From the NCBI RefSeq assembly GCF_036321535.1, contig NC_087447.1, positions 41,170,001 through 41,234,000 of the forward strand: DNA of 64,000 nucleotides, written 5' to 3'. Below the pieces are notes generated by a model. That model worked only from the letters and a program-made list of their open reading frames with translations, was not told where the DNA came from and made no database searches. The stretch's first letter is position 1. Every line of letters begins with the position of its first letter. The position numbers and the translations under genes are program-made. Source of the stretch: Camelus dromedarius (lineage: Eukaryota). Positions 1 to 13,364 of the stretch are shown here, in pieces.

Positions 1-510
1 TATCTCCCCATTGCTGGGCCCAAAGGAGATGTGAAGGAAGGCACTGACTGTGGTCTGAGTTGTTGATGCTTCTTTCCCAGCCAATGCCATTACTGCTAAT
101 TGACCTTTATTGGGCCCTCCATCACTTGGAATACCATTTCAGTTCCCAATTGCTCTCTGTGCCTCTGGAAGGTAAAACATCACAGGCTTCTAGCTGAACA
201 ATAATTATCTTGGCATTGCGAGGCCAACCGGGCTCTTCAGCATAGCCCATTCCCTCTCTCCTCTTTCCAGCTTGGGAAAAAAAAATATGTGAATCAATGT
301 AAGAAAGTCATTTATTCTTCACTTTACAGGCTGCACACCAGCTAGTTTGTCAAGGGCTTTTAAAAGCCAGTCACATTCTGCTCAGAAGGTTGCTTTGTCT
401 TTTCCTCAGCCATTGATTTTTGCATCTTATTAGGATTGTTCTGTGCTCCTAAGGAATTAATAACAAATTAGCCAAAGTCAATGAGCTACAGCTCAGCCAG
501 CTGGGCTCAC

Positions 511-712
511 CTGGACAGCCAGTCTGGGCTTTCTTCCTTTCTATTTGGCGCCAGGAGAACGGAGGTGTCCCCAAGGATGGTGTCTGGACTGGAGTGCAGC
601 CATGGGGTGCCTGGTCTTACTCTGCATGGCCCAGGAGGAGTGAGGGGCTTCTCTGGGCTTGATCTTGGAGTCCTGAGGATGGAGTGTAGACCTCTGGAGG
701 TAACAGGGGAAT
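511..712 (-). ncRNA. Candidate minus-strand exon (non-coding or tiny ORF)
   Basis: Minus-strand acceptor ctattctctgcAG at 714-713 and donor CAG|GTGAGC at 510-509. No recognisable protein. Splice signals only. Confidence 0.15.
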
Positions 713-1154
713 CTGCAGAGAATAGTCAAAGGATATGGTTTTGGAGCCAGATAAACTTGAGTTTGAATCCAAATATAACTGGTGACTGGCTCTGTGGCCT
801 GGGAAGTTGTCCTGCTGTTTCAGGGCTATGGGGGTCCCAAGAGTGTCATAATAGATGGGCAGCTTATGCTAGGTCTGCAGCTCATGCTGGGTCTCAGCAG
901 CAGGAAGGGCTAAGGAGAGTGATAAAGGAAGGTAAGGAAGAGCAAGTCTGGAGTTGGGGGCAGAGCCTGACTAGAGGACAGAGCCTGGAGTGGGAGAGCC
1001 GGAAATCCATATCTCAATGTCCTGACTGGGGTACCTGAATAGTCAGGTTCCATCCAGGATGGCTTCAGCATCCAAGAAGTTCTACATGGGCCCTTGAGTT
1101 CAGAGAAGGACTCTACCGGGTGGGGCGGGGACACTGAACTACATACAAGACAAG

Positions 1155-1385
1155 AAACAGCACAGTGGCTAAGAGCATGGGCTGGGGGCTAGACTTCCAG
1201 GGTCCAAATCTTGACGCTTAGGCAAGTCTCTTAACGGATTGTGCCTCAGTTTCCTCATCTGTAAAATGGGTCTAATCATTGACCACCACCCCCTCCAGGG
1301 AGTTATCATTAAGATGAAAGAGTTAATATATATTGAGGACTTAGTAAAGTGTGTGGCCCCTAGTAAGTGCTATAGAGGGTTAACT
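1155..1385 (+). mobile_element. MIR SINE
   Basis: cacagtggctaagagcatggg...gtgcctcagtttcctcatctgtaaaatggg core. Confidence 0.9.
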
Positions 1386-2083
1386 TAAAAAGAAAAATGC
1401 AGGCTTGCCTATCACAGAAAATTTAATCCCAGTTTCCTCTTCCTATCCGCTTGTAGTATGAGTTAAAAATTATGGATGGCTTTGCAAGCCCAGGATTCAT
1501 CTCTAGTGCTTCCTTCTCCCCCACCACCAGCCAAAGCAATCTCCAAGTCTTTCTGTCTCTCCCACCACCAGCCCAGGCACGCCACCACCTCTTCTCCTCT
1601 TAACCAGCACCCGTCCAAACTGCTATCTGGTATCCCTATGTCTGGTCTCTTGTTCCCCAATCTACTCATCACATCTCCAGGAGAATGATCTTTATAGATC
1701 AAAAATCTGGTCCTATAGCCCACTTAAGCCATTCCATTGTCTACAGGAGTCATTGAAACTCTTTAGCACACAAGGTCCTCAAGAAATTCCTGCAGTTTCA
1801 TTTACTGCCCTCAGCCCCATGGGTGATAGTCCACCAACACTGAATTGCCTGTTGTCATCCACACACCACATACACACGACCACACACACACACACTCCAT
1901 GCTTCATTTGTTCTGTTCTCCCTGCCTAAAATATCCTCCCAGCTTCCCGCACTTCCCCCAACCCACCCCTCATCTCAGCACTGCCACACACTGACCCCAC
2001 AACTAAACCCAGCTAGCACCGAGGACCCAGAACCACTTCCTCCTGGAATCCTTCCCTGAAGTCACCAGTTGGATTAGACATCT

Positions 2084-2400
2084 GTGTCCATTAGGATAAT
2101 CCTAGATAACAAATAAATTCCTAAATTTAAGTGACTTAACCCAATCAAAGTTTGTTTCTCATTCCAGGATAGGCTAATGTAGGTGTCCCTGGTCAGTGGG
2201 CCACTTTCCCTCATGTGGAAATTAGGGGCAAGTCTTTTGGCTCTATGACCCCTGGGGTCTCAGAGACTTCTGCACCCAGCTGATGGCAGCGGTAAGAGCA
2301 GCTGTAAGAGGCACACCTGCTTCTTCAAATCCCTGGCCCAAAGTGGTACAGCTCACTCCACTCATCCCAATGTGAGAATGAGTCACAAGGTCAGTCCCTG
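2084..2400 (-). mobile_element. MLT1-type MaLR LTR relic
   Basis: aacaaataaattcctaaatttaagtgacttaacccaatcaaagtttgtttctc resembles the MLT1 end in reverse. Confidence 0.6.
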
Positions 2401-2415
2401 ATGGGATCTGTCCCC

Positions 2416-2432
2416 TTGCCACCTGGTGGACA
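2416..2432 (-). promoter_or_regulatory. CTCF-like motif
   Basis: Reverse complement TGTCCACCAGGTGGCAA matches the CTCF core CCACCAGGTGGC. Confidence 0.4.
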
Positions 2433-2889
2433 GCTGGCCCTTGCCACCTCAGGGTGACTTCTTGGCTCTCCCTTAGCTCCCTAGCCCTACATCCACCTCA
2501 GTTATCAAAACGTGTGGCTGTGATCTGCGCCCAGACCATCTCCCCCAGCAGGTTGTGAGCTCCTGAGGACAGGGGCCTCGTTCCTTTGCCCCTGTGAGGC
2601 CAGCACCTGGCACGGGTGCTTCGTCTTGTGTTGGATAAACAGAGGAGGAGCAGAGTGAGAACCAGCTCCGTGGCTGGGCGGGTGACCCTGCAGACAAAAG
2701 GTCCTCCCAGCAAGCAGCAGAGCTAGGCTGGGGAAGGCAGGGGCTGCCAGGATGAGACTGAAGGGAGATCTTGCCAGGAAAACATAAAAGACTGAGATTT
2801 GGGCCTTGGGAAAGGTTTGCATCTTCATCTCCATGATATTTCTTAGGCCAAAAGGAGCTCAAACTCTGAGAGGTCTGAAATGTGTCCTC

Positions 2890-3035
2890 TGTAGCTAACA
2901 CTTACATGTAGCCCATACTATGTACCAAGCACTCTTCTAAGTGCTGTGTGTGCATTAATTCATAAATCCTTGCAATAATGCCATTTTACAGATGAGGAAA
3001 CGGATGCTCAGCTCAGAGAGGTTCAATGACACGTG
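2890..3035 (-). mobile_element. MIR SINE
   Basis: ccattttacagatgaggaaac core in reverse orientation. Confidence 0.85.
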
Positions 3036-3431
3036 ATACTCTCTCTGCCGCTTCTGGGATCCCCCAGAAGCCCTAGGACAAGGATAGTTTCAGCCTATCT
3101 TCCAGTATTTCTTCCATGGGAATTAGATCTGGGGAGGTAGAGATATTTGACACCCTGGGGCTTTCTTACCCAGATCTGAACCTCAGGGTTCAGATAAGAG
3201 GATAGAGGCCTGAGAGCACATTTCCAAGATTATTCTTCACTTTGAATGTTAAGCATTTTGCAAACTAAGGAAGACGGAACTTCCACGTTGTTTAACATCT
3301 TACAATATCCTTCGGTCAAATTAAAAAATAGTAGAGGTTGAAACCAAATAACAAATTGCACGGCTCCAAGCCCATCTCAACAGGACACTTCTGCAGAATT
3401 AACAGTGATAATACTATGACAGGAGGCTTAC

Positions 3432-3592
3432 CTCTGCATACAACACCAGGGCTGAATACCCAGGGGCCAGCAGTGCAGAAACACGGCTCCAATCAGCCAG
3501 GCTTCCCGTCCCAACATCAGGCATTTCCGCAGTCTTAACTGGATTACAACCACAGCCCCTCCGGAAAATCACTGCTTCAGAATCGTTTTACA
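3432..3592 (-). ncRNA. Candidate minus-strand internal exon (161 nt)
   Basis: Acceptor ccgtttctctcgtcatcAG at 3594-3593 and donor GAG|GTAAGC at 3431-3430, in unique sequence. All three frames close near its start. Confidence 0.2.
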
Positions 3593-4129
3593 CTGATGAC
3601 GAGAGAAACGGCTGTAATTTATCAGTATAGAAATATCCAATGATGAGGCCACTGAGAGGTGACTGCAGCCTCCCGTCCTCAGTGGCATCAGTCTGGGCGC
3701 CAAGCTACACACCTGTCATGGCCGGGGCCCACCAGGTGACAGCCATGAAAGAGTTGGCTTCCCTCCCCATCACCTCGGGAGGGCCCAGCAGCCCCGACCT
3801 CTAGCAGAAGCAGGTGCCTCTGAGGCCTCCTCCTAATGTGGGTACAGGAAGAGTAGCGTGTGAGCAACAACACCTGCTGACCCACACCCCCTCCAAGACG
3901 GCCACAGAAGTCACTCTTCCTCCTTGCTTTTCCCACAAGTGGGTGGAGTGGCCTGTGACAAGGTAAGGTGCTCAGACTTTGAAGCCAGGCAGGCCCAAGT
4001 TCAATACATGACTCCAGGACATCCTGGCTATGTAACCTGTAAGACACACTGGGGACAGAACCTTCCATGAGTGGAATGTCCCAGGGAAAAAGCTGATGAG
4101 TGGAAAACAGCTGAATCAGTACAATAGCC

Positions 4130-4990
4130 ATAAACCAACACTTACAGGAACTAACTGTTTTACATGTATCTTCACTCATTTTGAAAACAAGCCGACACAA
4201 TGGGAGCTGTTATTATATCTACTCTACAGTTAAGGAAACTATGGCAAAGAAAGGTTAAAGAATTTAACGAAGGCCACCAGGCTGTGACTGGCAGACGTGG
4301 GATTGGCCCCAGCAGTCTGGTTCAAGGGTTGTGCGCCTAATATTTTATACTCCTTTTAACAAGTAGGACTGTTATCTGTGTCCCAGGCACTGCACTGTGT
4401 TAAATTCTTTATACATATTACATCATTTTATCCACACAAGACATTATCCCCCGTGTGCAGATGAGTAAACTGAGGCACAGAAAACATAAGGCACTTACCC
4501 AAGTTCACACCAGTTCTAAGTAGCAGAGCCAGGACTCAAATCCAGGACTTCTGGCACTGTGTGTGTACTGAGCCACTGTCTGTAAATACTATGCAGCGAT
4601 TCTCTGATTACTTTATATGCACACTTGCATTTAATTAACCCTCCCAACAGCTCCTAAGGAAGGCACTATTATTTTTTTTAATTTTATTTTTTGTTGAAGT
4701 GTAGTTGATTTACAATGTTAGTTTCAGGTGTACAGCAAAGCAATTCAGTTATACATATACACACATATATATGTTTTCTTTTCAGATTGTTTTCCTTTAT
4801 ATGTTATTACAAGAAATTGAATCTAGTTCCCTGTGCTATAGTGTAGGTCCTTGTAGGAAGGTACAATTATTAACTCCATTTTATACATTGGGAAGGTGAA
4901 GATTATAGAGTCCAAGCAAATTACAGTCAGTAATTGAGGATCCAGGATTCAAATCCAGATGTTGTCTGGAACCCTCTATTTAACCCCTAT
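4130..4990 (-). mobile_element. Three tandem MIR relics, the last interrupted by an L1
   Basis: Repeated MIR cores: acagttaaggaaactatggc, cagatgagtaaactgaggcacag, ccattttatacattgggaag. Confidence 0.8.
4672..4853 (-). mobile_element. 5'-truncated L1 3' end inserted in a MIR
   Basis: T-rich tail, ttgaagtgtagttgatttacaatgtt...ttccctgtgctata, approximate TSD aggaagg(c/ta)ca(ct/at)tatt. Confidence 0.9.
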
Positions 4991-6249
4991 AATGCAATAA
5001 CTTCCTACTCTGACCCAATGCCTGTTCATATAAAGAATGTGTGAATTTGAATTCACTTGACCTAAAGCATAAATGAACTGCTTACCACCCAGTTTAAACA
5101 CCACCTCCTCCAAGATGGCCTCCCCTGGCAGATGTCTTCTTCTCTTCTTCCTCTGTTTAATCGCTGGGTTTTATTTTTTCCTGGCTTTTGCACCCAAACT
5201 AGCTCTTGATCACTTCTATGGACAGTCCTGCTGTGACTGGGAGCGATTCCCTGTGCAGAGGAGCCCATGTGCTCTGGCCTGGCCCAGACCTCACTGCTGT
5301 GACCCTGGAGAGCAGGGTCAGTGAACAGAGGGAAGGCAGCCCAGGACCAGAGGCCTTGTGAGAAGCAAGAACCACGAGGACAGGAAAAATAGACAAAGGA
5401 CCACAACAGCAAGATGTAGAGGGATGGAAAGCAATTAAATGAGTGCTCCCTGACTTGGCAGAGCTGAGGAAGCTAAATCGTAAATTGGCAGCGGAGAAAC
5501 CTGAGAATTAGCACAATAGTAAAAGACACAGAATTGAGGCCTCTGGGATATGGGAGAAGGAAGTAAAACAAGTTATATTGGTTGAGAATTATTTAAGAAA
5601 CAGTTAGAACCCTAGATGGCTTGCTTTGTTCTCAAAAAAAGACACTTCTTCAAAGCGTAGTTTTTCTCAGTGTTCTAATTTTTTTTAATTTTATATGCAT
5701 ATTTGCATCAAATATTTCTTTGTGTGCAAAATATATGTTTTACCTCCTTAAAATACCTAAAAGTTAGTTAAAAGCTACTTTTGTTTAATCTATACGTGAT
5801 GATTACATGCATCTAACAGTGGTAATTTAATGGAACGCATTCCTTACCCAATGGATGTATATATTTTTAAAGAATAAGCAGAATTATATGATATGAAATG
5901 CTATGTAAAGTTTCCTATGTAAAAATATTATGTATAATACTATTAAAATAAATATCCCATGCTTTAATCCAGTGATAAGTCAATAAAGTTTTAAAAGGTT
6001 AAAAAAAAAAAAAAAAAGCCCCAGGCGACTGCCTTGCCCAGTCTAGAGGAGACTAGCGCTTATTCTCTGGAGGGGACAAAACAGAGGGTGAAGGGCAGCA
6101 GAACCATCTGAAGACCCTGACACCACAGTGAACGAAGTGAACACAATGTCCAGAACGTTCAGGCTTCCACGTTTCTTGCCACGCTGGACTCCCAGAGCAT
6201 CAGCAACCAGGCCTTTGCCTTCCAGGCAGGGGAGTGAAAGAGCCTATAA

Positions 6250-7725
6250 GAAGAATCTGGCTGGTTCAAGAGGAAGGACTTGTAAAAACAGATGCTGAGG
6301 TTCCCCCTCAACCAATGGCACAGCTGGGCTACCCTACAGAAGAGCTCCCAGTTGACAGGCACCAGCTACCAGGTTTTTAGTCCCCTTAGTCCTAAACGTG
6401 AGCTGATATCAGGGGATTGCCAGGAACCTCAGGAAAGTCTCCAGCGTGAAGGATAGAGGCCAAAAGAAACAAGAGGGACAGGGGAGCAACCTGAAGGAAA
6501 CAGACAATATTAAAAAATAATCCAAATATCCTCAGAGACATTTAAAAAAAATACTTTACATCCATAAAGCAAGAACAGGGTGCTATAAAACGAGTGTGGG
6601 GCATTCAGAGAACAAGGGAGAGCTCCAGGGAACTAGAAACATGAGAGCAGAAATGAGAAACTCAAAAGAGGGTTGAAGAGCTGAGGAAATCTCCCGGAAA
6701 GATGGAAAAAGAAGAAAATAAGCTGAGATCATTAAAGAACCAGTTCAGTGGGTCCCAACATCTGAGTAATAGGAATACCAGAAACAGAACATCAGAAATC
6801 TGACACCAATGCAACACTTTTCCAGCTCTGTAGTCTGCATTTCCAGATGGAAAGGGCCACTGAGTGCCCGGAGACATGGATAAAAGTACCCGAACCAACT
6901 CATATCAATGCCGTATTTCAAAATGCAGGGAACAAAGAGAAGAGGCTACAAGTTTCCAGGGGGAAAAATAAAGAACTAGATTGCATACGCAGAATTGGGA
7001 GTTAGAGATTTCAGACTTCTGAGAAATAACTCCAGTAGCTAGAAGGCAGTAGAATCATGCCTTCAAAACACTGAGGGAAAAGAATGTTCTGTTGGGCAAG
7101 GTCTCAAAAAATGTGTGTCCCACATCCCATTTCTCAGGAAGCTACTGACAATGTGGTTTTCCCAAATTAGAGCATAAACCCAAAAAGAGGACGAATGGAA
7201 TGCCAGAAACGGGAGACCCAGTGCAGGAGCGAGGCCAGAGGGGTGAAGGGAGATCTTAGGATGTCAGCTGAGCACCAGTCAGGGAAGGCAACCTGCACCA
7301 GCTGTTTGGAAGCCATGAAAACTCCTTAAAGGAGACAAATTGATGGAATATCTGGTGTGAATGAAAGGCATAGTGGACAACCTTTGGAGAGTTTGAGAGG
7401 ACAGGAAGATGGAAGGGTGTATGTGTTTGGTGGGACAATAGAAAGAAAGTGGGCTAAATCCGCATTTTTTTACAATGGGAATTCAATCACTGATGCCTAA
7501 AACAAACCCACTCCCCAAAACTAAGAAACAACAATACAAGTATATTGTTGGAGATAAGGTGATAAGGACCAGAAGACATCTAGAGAAGATGAACGTGGTT
7601 GCCTCTGTGGAGGGGGAAATGGAGAGGTGCCTGGAGGCTGACTTTTGCCTTAACAAACCTTGTAGAACTAGTTGAGTCTTTAAACGGTGTGCATTGTAAT
7701 CCTGACAAAAATTAAAACTTAAAAA
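6250..7725 (+). mobile_element. HAL1/old L1 ORF1-like relic
   Basis: aagcaagaacagggtgctataaaa...cagagaacaagggagagctcc...gaggaaatctccc...ggtcccaacatctgagtaataggaataccagaa, as recalled for HAL1. Confidence 0.7.
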
Positions 7726-9499
7726 ATTACAGTTTTCCCTGGCTTTGGAATGGAAACTGAGGAGAACAGAAGGGTGATGTCTGAAAGAACTCCAGCCCTT
7801 TCATGCTTTGATGATGAAATAAATAACTGTAATCATATTGCTGCACTTTTGCACCACCTTAGAATTTATTCACTCATTTATTCAACAAATATTGATCAAG
7901 ATCCCACTGGGTGAAAGCAATTTTACAACCATTACCTCTGATGACCTGGCTTTGGAAATTAGATGGAAGTAACATGGGTTCCTGGCTCCCTCTTTCGTCA
8001 AGTTGATGCAGGGGCCACCCACTTCCCTGGGAGGCAGATGGTAGGTTCTGGACCTGTGATGCCAAGAAGTAGAAGAAACAGGCTCCTCTGAGCTGCTGTG
8101 GATGCTCCTCTGGTATGTCTAAAATGAGACATCTCACAACCCAAGGGTTAGCTTCCTTCCAAACTAATTCTTGTCCACAAGATAAACTCATATTTCTCCT
8201 ATTAGTGGGGGGGGGGGGATGAGAGAACAGAGTGGAATGAGGAAATGTGTCTGTTCTCCATTTTGCAGAATATTTGTGACTTAGAAAAGGAATGTCATTG
8301 AAGTTCTACACCCTCTCTAGTGAGTAGAGAGGAACCTACAATTGGGTCATATGAAGTATGCCCTCCCTGAGCATCTTCTGCTCGCTGTAAGCCACCGGAA
8401 ATTTTGGAAAGCTCTCCCGTCCCCTCCACAGGGAGCCTGCATCACCTCCTCTACTTGGGAAGCAGCTGTGATTTTCTTGGCGATGTCATCTTCCATGGGA
8501 GGAGTGTCTAAGCTATTGGCCAAGGTGTGGCTTCAACTGCCTTAGGATTAAGGTGCATGGAGGCAGGACCAGTGACTCCTCGTGCAAAGAAGGGTCACCA
8601 GGCAACAGAGTCAGCTCCTCGACCACAGAGGAAGAGAGGAAAGAAGGAAGGGAGAGTGGTAGGTTCAAAGTAAAGACAGTTAGGCGCTCTCCCTCTGCTG
8701 CCTATTTAATATCACACTTGACTATCAGTCACTCCTCTTCATTATAGACTCCCAGAGCCACAGCCAAGACGGAGGGGGATTACAACACTTGCCCGTTGTA
8801 AAAGCTGCACTTCAGAGCCAAAAGATGCGCTTATATTCTACTTTCGCATCAGCAGTGAAAAGCAAATAACTTAGGGCATGACAACCAAGAAATAAGAAGG
8901 GAGATCTAATGCTTCCATAGAGAAGCAAATATGTGCACTTATTAATATCCTGAAACCAATGTTGCCATGAATAGTTCCTTCTCCTTTTATCCCACGCCTT
9001 TTGTCTAACACAGTGATATATTGCCACCCTTTCAAAACCCTGACACAGATGACATTGAAGCAAATTATGTACCTCGGCCAGATTTGTCAGTTGAAATGGA
9101 GATAGCTGATGTGTACATTTTTCCATCTAATTAACATTCCACGGTCTGAATAGCTCTTATCGTGCCCTGGGTCCCCTATGAATGGGTGAATAGATAGAAA
9201 GATCCATAAACAGCTTGGCTTGCATAGAATGAGATTTTTCTTTGGACAAAGAGAAAATGGAATGAATCATTGTCATCTGGATGGGAGCAGTCATCAGAGA
9301 CTAGCACACAAGCACTCTCTCCCCTGTGTATGCAACACAAGTGTGTTACCTAGCACCAGCAGCCATCTCCAGGGGATCTTGGCCCACTCCCCATCTCTGC
9401 ACTTGGCCATGTAATTTTTTTCACCCAGGTGTTTGTTGGTATTTGTTTGCTTGGTGTGGTAGTTTCCAAAATATGTGCCAGGTTTTTTTTTTTTTTTTT

Positions 9500-9975
9500 G
9501 GATACTTCTCCACTCAAGAAGTGTAGATTAATTCTCCTCCCCTTAGACATGGTGACTCATTTTGAACAAATAGATGGTGTGTCACTTCTCTGACTAGATC
9601 AAAAAGTGCATTCCACTCTCACTGTCTCCCTCTCCAATCACTCACTCTGGGGAAGCCCGGTTGCCATTACAAGAAGCAATGCTATATAAGACTCATGCAG
9701 CCCTACAGAGGGAAACTGAGGCCTCTTGCCAACAGCCATGTGAGTAAACTATCCTGAAAGTGGATCCCCAGCCCCAGACGAGCCTTCAGATGAGACCACA
9801 GCCCTAGCTGACATCGTGAGTGTAACGTCGGGAGATACCCTGAGCCAGAACCACCAAGCAAAGCCATTCCCAATCGCCTGACTCTCAGAAATTGTGTGAT
9901 ACGATAAATGTTTGTTGCTTCAAGCTGCTAAATTTTGGGGGTAATCTGCCATGAAGCAATAGTGAACTAATACAC
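9500..9975 (+). mobile_element. MLT1 (F/G-like) solo LTR
   Basis: gagccttcagatgagaccacagccc...ataaatgtttgttgcttcaagctgctaaattttggggg...aactaataca end. Confidence 0.85.
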
Positions 9976-10509
9976 TCCGTGGCTTCTCTTGACTCTCATC
10001 ACATATTTACAGGAAAAAAATTTTTCTTCCAAATATTCAAAGACCAAAATGACTGCAGCCTCCCCAGCAGGACTCCAGAGCCACTACAAAGTGAGGGTGA
10101 GGGGATCAGAAGTGTGCTCAGGCCTTCAAGAAGCTAGCCAGATCCCTGGAACTACACAGCTTGCTGGAGAAGGAAACAGGAAAATTGAAGGAAAATGTCA
10201 AGAACGTGCCTCAGGCCACCCATTACTCATGCCCTCCTTCCTCAGTGCATCCTCCAGGTACTGTCTTACCTCTCATGGAGCTCACTGTGCTCATCAGCTG
10301 TACACATACGCATGCGCTTGGCCCCCTGCCTCGCTCCTTGTACACTGGTCTTCCCCCAGATACCAGAGCACCTGGCCACACTGCTGCTGACACCTGCAGA
10401 CCCTGGCCCATGCCAGGTCCTGAGCCAATGCAGGACAGGCAGTATCAGAGGTCCCTCAGTGCTTTCAAAGCAAGCTGGGCGTGGCAATCCCCATCAGCAG
10501 TGTGACTAC

Positions 10510-10735
10510 AAATTAGCAGAATGGTTAAAGTTCTCTGTTTCAGAGCTAGACAGGAATGAGTTTGACTCCAGAATCCACTGTTGCCTACCTGATTGACCTT
10601 GTAAAAATAAGTAATACTTGGGTTCCTCCTCTGTCAAATGGGAGCATAATACTGCCGATCTCCAATAGGATTACATGAAATCTACATAACCTCTTAATCC
10701 AGGGCCTGACACTTTGCTCAAAAAATGTTGCTATT
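10510..10735 (+). mobile_element. MIR SINE
   Basis: agcagaatggttaaag...gggttcctcctctgtcaaatggga. Confidence 0.7.
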
Positions 10736-11479
10736 AAGACCAGGAGTAGGAGGGTTGATATCACAGCTTAGAACCCCTCCCTAGCCCTGTCAGTTACTTC
10801 CTTCCATCTCGTAAATTCTGGTGATTCCTCATACCTGATACGGGTGGCTCGTTTGGGGTTTTTCCCCTACTATTTTGCCCATTCTTTCCTGGTTTCTGTC
10901 AGCTCTGATCCTGGCTTCTGGCTCCTGCCCAGACTCGCAGCCCATTCCCAGGCCTCCGTCGTGCCTTGCCCTTGCTGGTATCTGCCCACATCCACCCTTG
11001 GACACCTTGCCTCACCCTGGCCAGCCCCAGCTATTCTGGGGGAAATGAAGAAGAGCTCACCACCCAGACCACAGCACATTTCTACACGTCTTCAAGAGGC
11101 TTCCTGTCTGCTTTGTCTTTAGGAGGAAAGAAGGAATCTAGTCACCTCCCTTCGTGTAGGGCACTGCCTATTCTGGGGAAAGTCTGCTGAGGTCACTTAA
11201 ATACCTGCTTAATTACTTCACTGACACTCTCCCAGCTAAGCTGTCCTAGCAACGCCTAGCAACCAGTCCCTGTCACCAGCTGCTTCTGGAAGAGAATTCT
11301 GTTTTATAAATAGTCTTTACTTGGTAGCCTTGGTGCAGAAAAGAGTAAGTTAAATAAAACTCCAAATGACAGGTAAACCAATTCCATGCCATCCTCTTTA
11401 CTTGGTTTTGCCTCCATTTTCCTGCATGGGCCTAGTGGCACCCTTCCAGGGCCAAGTGTTCCCATTCAGAGACGGGTAG

Positions 11480-11660
11480 AGGCAGTACCAGGCAGTGTTT
11501 CAGAGCACATCTTTAGAGTCAGATGGACATTCTAGCTCTGTGACATTGGACATATAGTTTAACCTTGCTGGGCCTCAGTTTCTTCATCTGTAAAATGGGA
11601 GTGATCATACACAGTGCCTGGCAGAGAGGACATCTTCCGTGCTGGGTGCTATGATTAAAA
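11480..11660 (+). mobile_element. MIR SINE
   Basis: ggcctcagtttcttcatctgtaaaatggg. Confidence 0.85.
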
Positions 11661-11849
11661 ATACTTAGATGTGAAAACAACAGCCATCTTTCCAGATGAC
11701 AGTACCGCAGAGCCAGTCAGTCTGGTTATCACGTGATTGTGAAATGCAGACAGTCTGCCTCTGGGGTTATACAGACTGTGCCCCTCACCCTCCTGCCTGG
11801 TCCCCTAGCTGCCTCCCACCCTCTTGTGTGCTATCTCTGCTCCCTCCAT

Positions 11850-11960
11850 GACCTAAGCTCTATAAGAGCAAGAGTTTTTGTCTGTTCTTCACTACTGCAT
11901 GCCAACACAGTGCTCGACGTGTAACAGTGTTCAGTAAATATTTGTCTGATGAATGAGTGT
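11850..11960 (+). mobile_element. L2 3' end
   Basis: aagctctataagagcaagag...ttcagtaaatatttgtctgatgaatga. Confidence 0.8.
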
Positions 11961-13364
11961 TTGCAGAGTACTATCTTATGCATACAGGTTCCCTTAGGAA
12001 TTTCAAGTGCTAGTATGTGGGAATTCCTGGATCCCTAGCCTTATACATCTTAAATATACACCAGCCCCTAATAGCTGCCATGCTTTGTCTCTGTATACAG
12101 CCAGGACTAACCAAAACCCCAGATGTAATATCTCAGACCGTCCTAAGTGCTCATTTCATTGCCAAGACTGTCTTCTGAGGATATAGATCACAAACTTGTT
12201 CCTCTGTAATTAAAGTTACAGCCACAAGGAGAAAGCTAAAATGAAATGCAGATTGTCAAGACCTGGTGTGAACTATAAGGCAGGAGTGAAAGGAGGTGTC
12301 CTCAGCGTGCTGTCCTGAGCTTGTTTCTTTCTCTAACCTGGTGGATCTGTCCTAAGCTGAGAGTCTAGTGGGAGAGAGGGAAGAGATGTCCAGACCGAGA
12401 GGAGGGAGCTTGTCCAGGGCATGAAGAGGATGCAGGGCCAGGGCCAGAGCCTGCCAGCACCTGGGATCAAGAAACCAGGACTCTAAAGGAGGCCAGAGAA
12501 TCTAATCCATGTATTTGGAGGAAGCAGAGAGAAAAACCACAAGTGGGGGTAACAACAGATTTGTTGCCCAAGTGATCTGGAAAGTGTAAGCGACTCCCTC
12601 CAACAGATTCCAAGGATCTTCCAAACAGGCATGTTTGGAGGGCCCAAGCTCCATCTCCCCAGCCTGGGTCTTCTGCTAGAAATCAGAAGATTTTTATGAA
12701 TACAGAGGAAGCTTATGCGCCCACCAGGGCCAACCTCTTGTGATCTAGCCCATGTCCTTCCAAACACTCATTTTGGAAGCAAAACTGAGAGGATCCCAGA
12801 GGGGTACACCAATTGGCAGGGCTGCCAGGGCCTCTGCACCACCTGAGGGTGACCCTCGCCGACCTCTACTAAGGGTCACGACACAGAGGGGAAGTTTGTT
12901 CTGCCATTCCCAGTACCTGGGTTCCTTGTACGTGGTCCAGGAAGCAGCCTCTCCCAGCCGCAGGCAGAATGGAGACCCTGCTGCTCGAGGTCCATAGTAG
13001 ACATGGATCAGGCTGAGCTGAACATCGAAGACTCTGCAGCATCTGCGCCCGTCTTTTCCGCCAACCTCTTTAGAACCCAGGCTTTGTCTCCTAGAGTCAC
13101 CACCTGTGAGACCATCCCATGTAAAGCCTTATTTATAAAACTGTGAAACTGAGATTTAGAAAGGAGGCATGACTTCCATGTCACACATCAAATCCATGGG
13201 CAAGCTGGGACTAGGAGACAGGGCTCCAGACTTCTGGTCCTAGGTTTTCTTTTCACTGCTTCCAGACCCCGACTAAGTCTCCCAGGACCTGACAAAGCAT
13301 TCCCGGTTCTTAGTGACCAGGAATGTATTAGGTGCACGTCTACTCTCATCTGCAGCCTCTCCAG

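Noticed and set aside
481..1038. 185-aa ORF
   Set aside because: It crosses a MIR-like segment and has no recognisable domain.
5073..5324. ORF with signal-peptide-like MASPGRCLLLFFLC
   Set aside because: The start overlaps L2-like sequence (tttaaacaccacctcctccaag), the hydrophobicity reflects T-richness, and I recognise no homologue.
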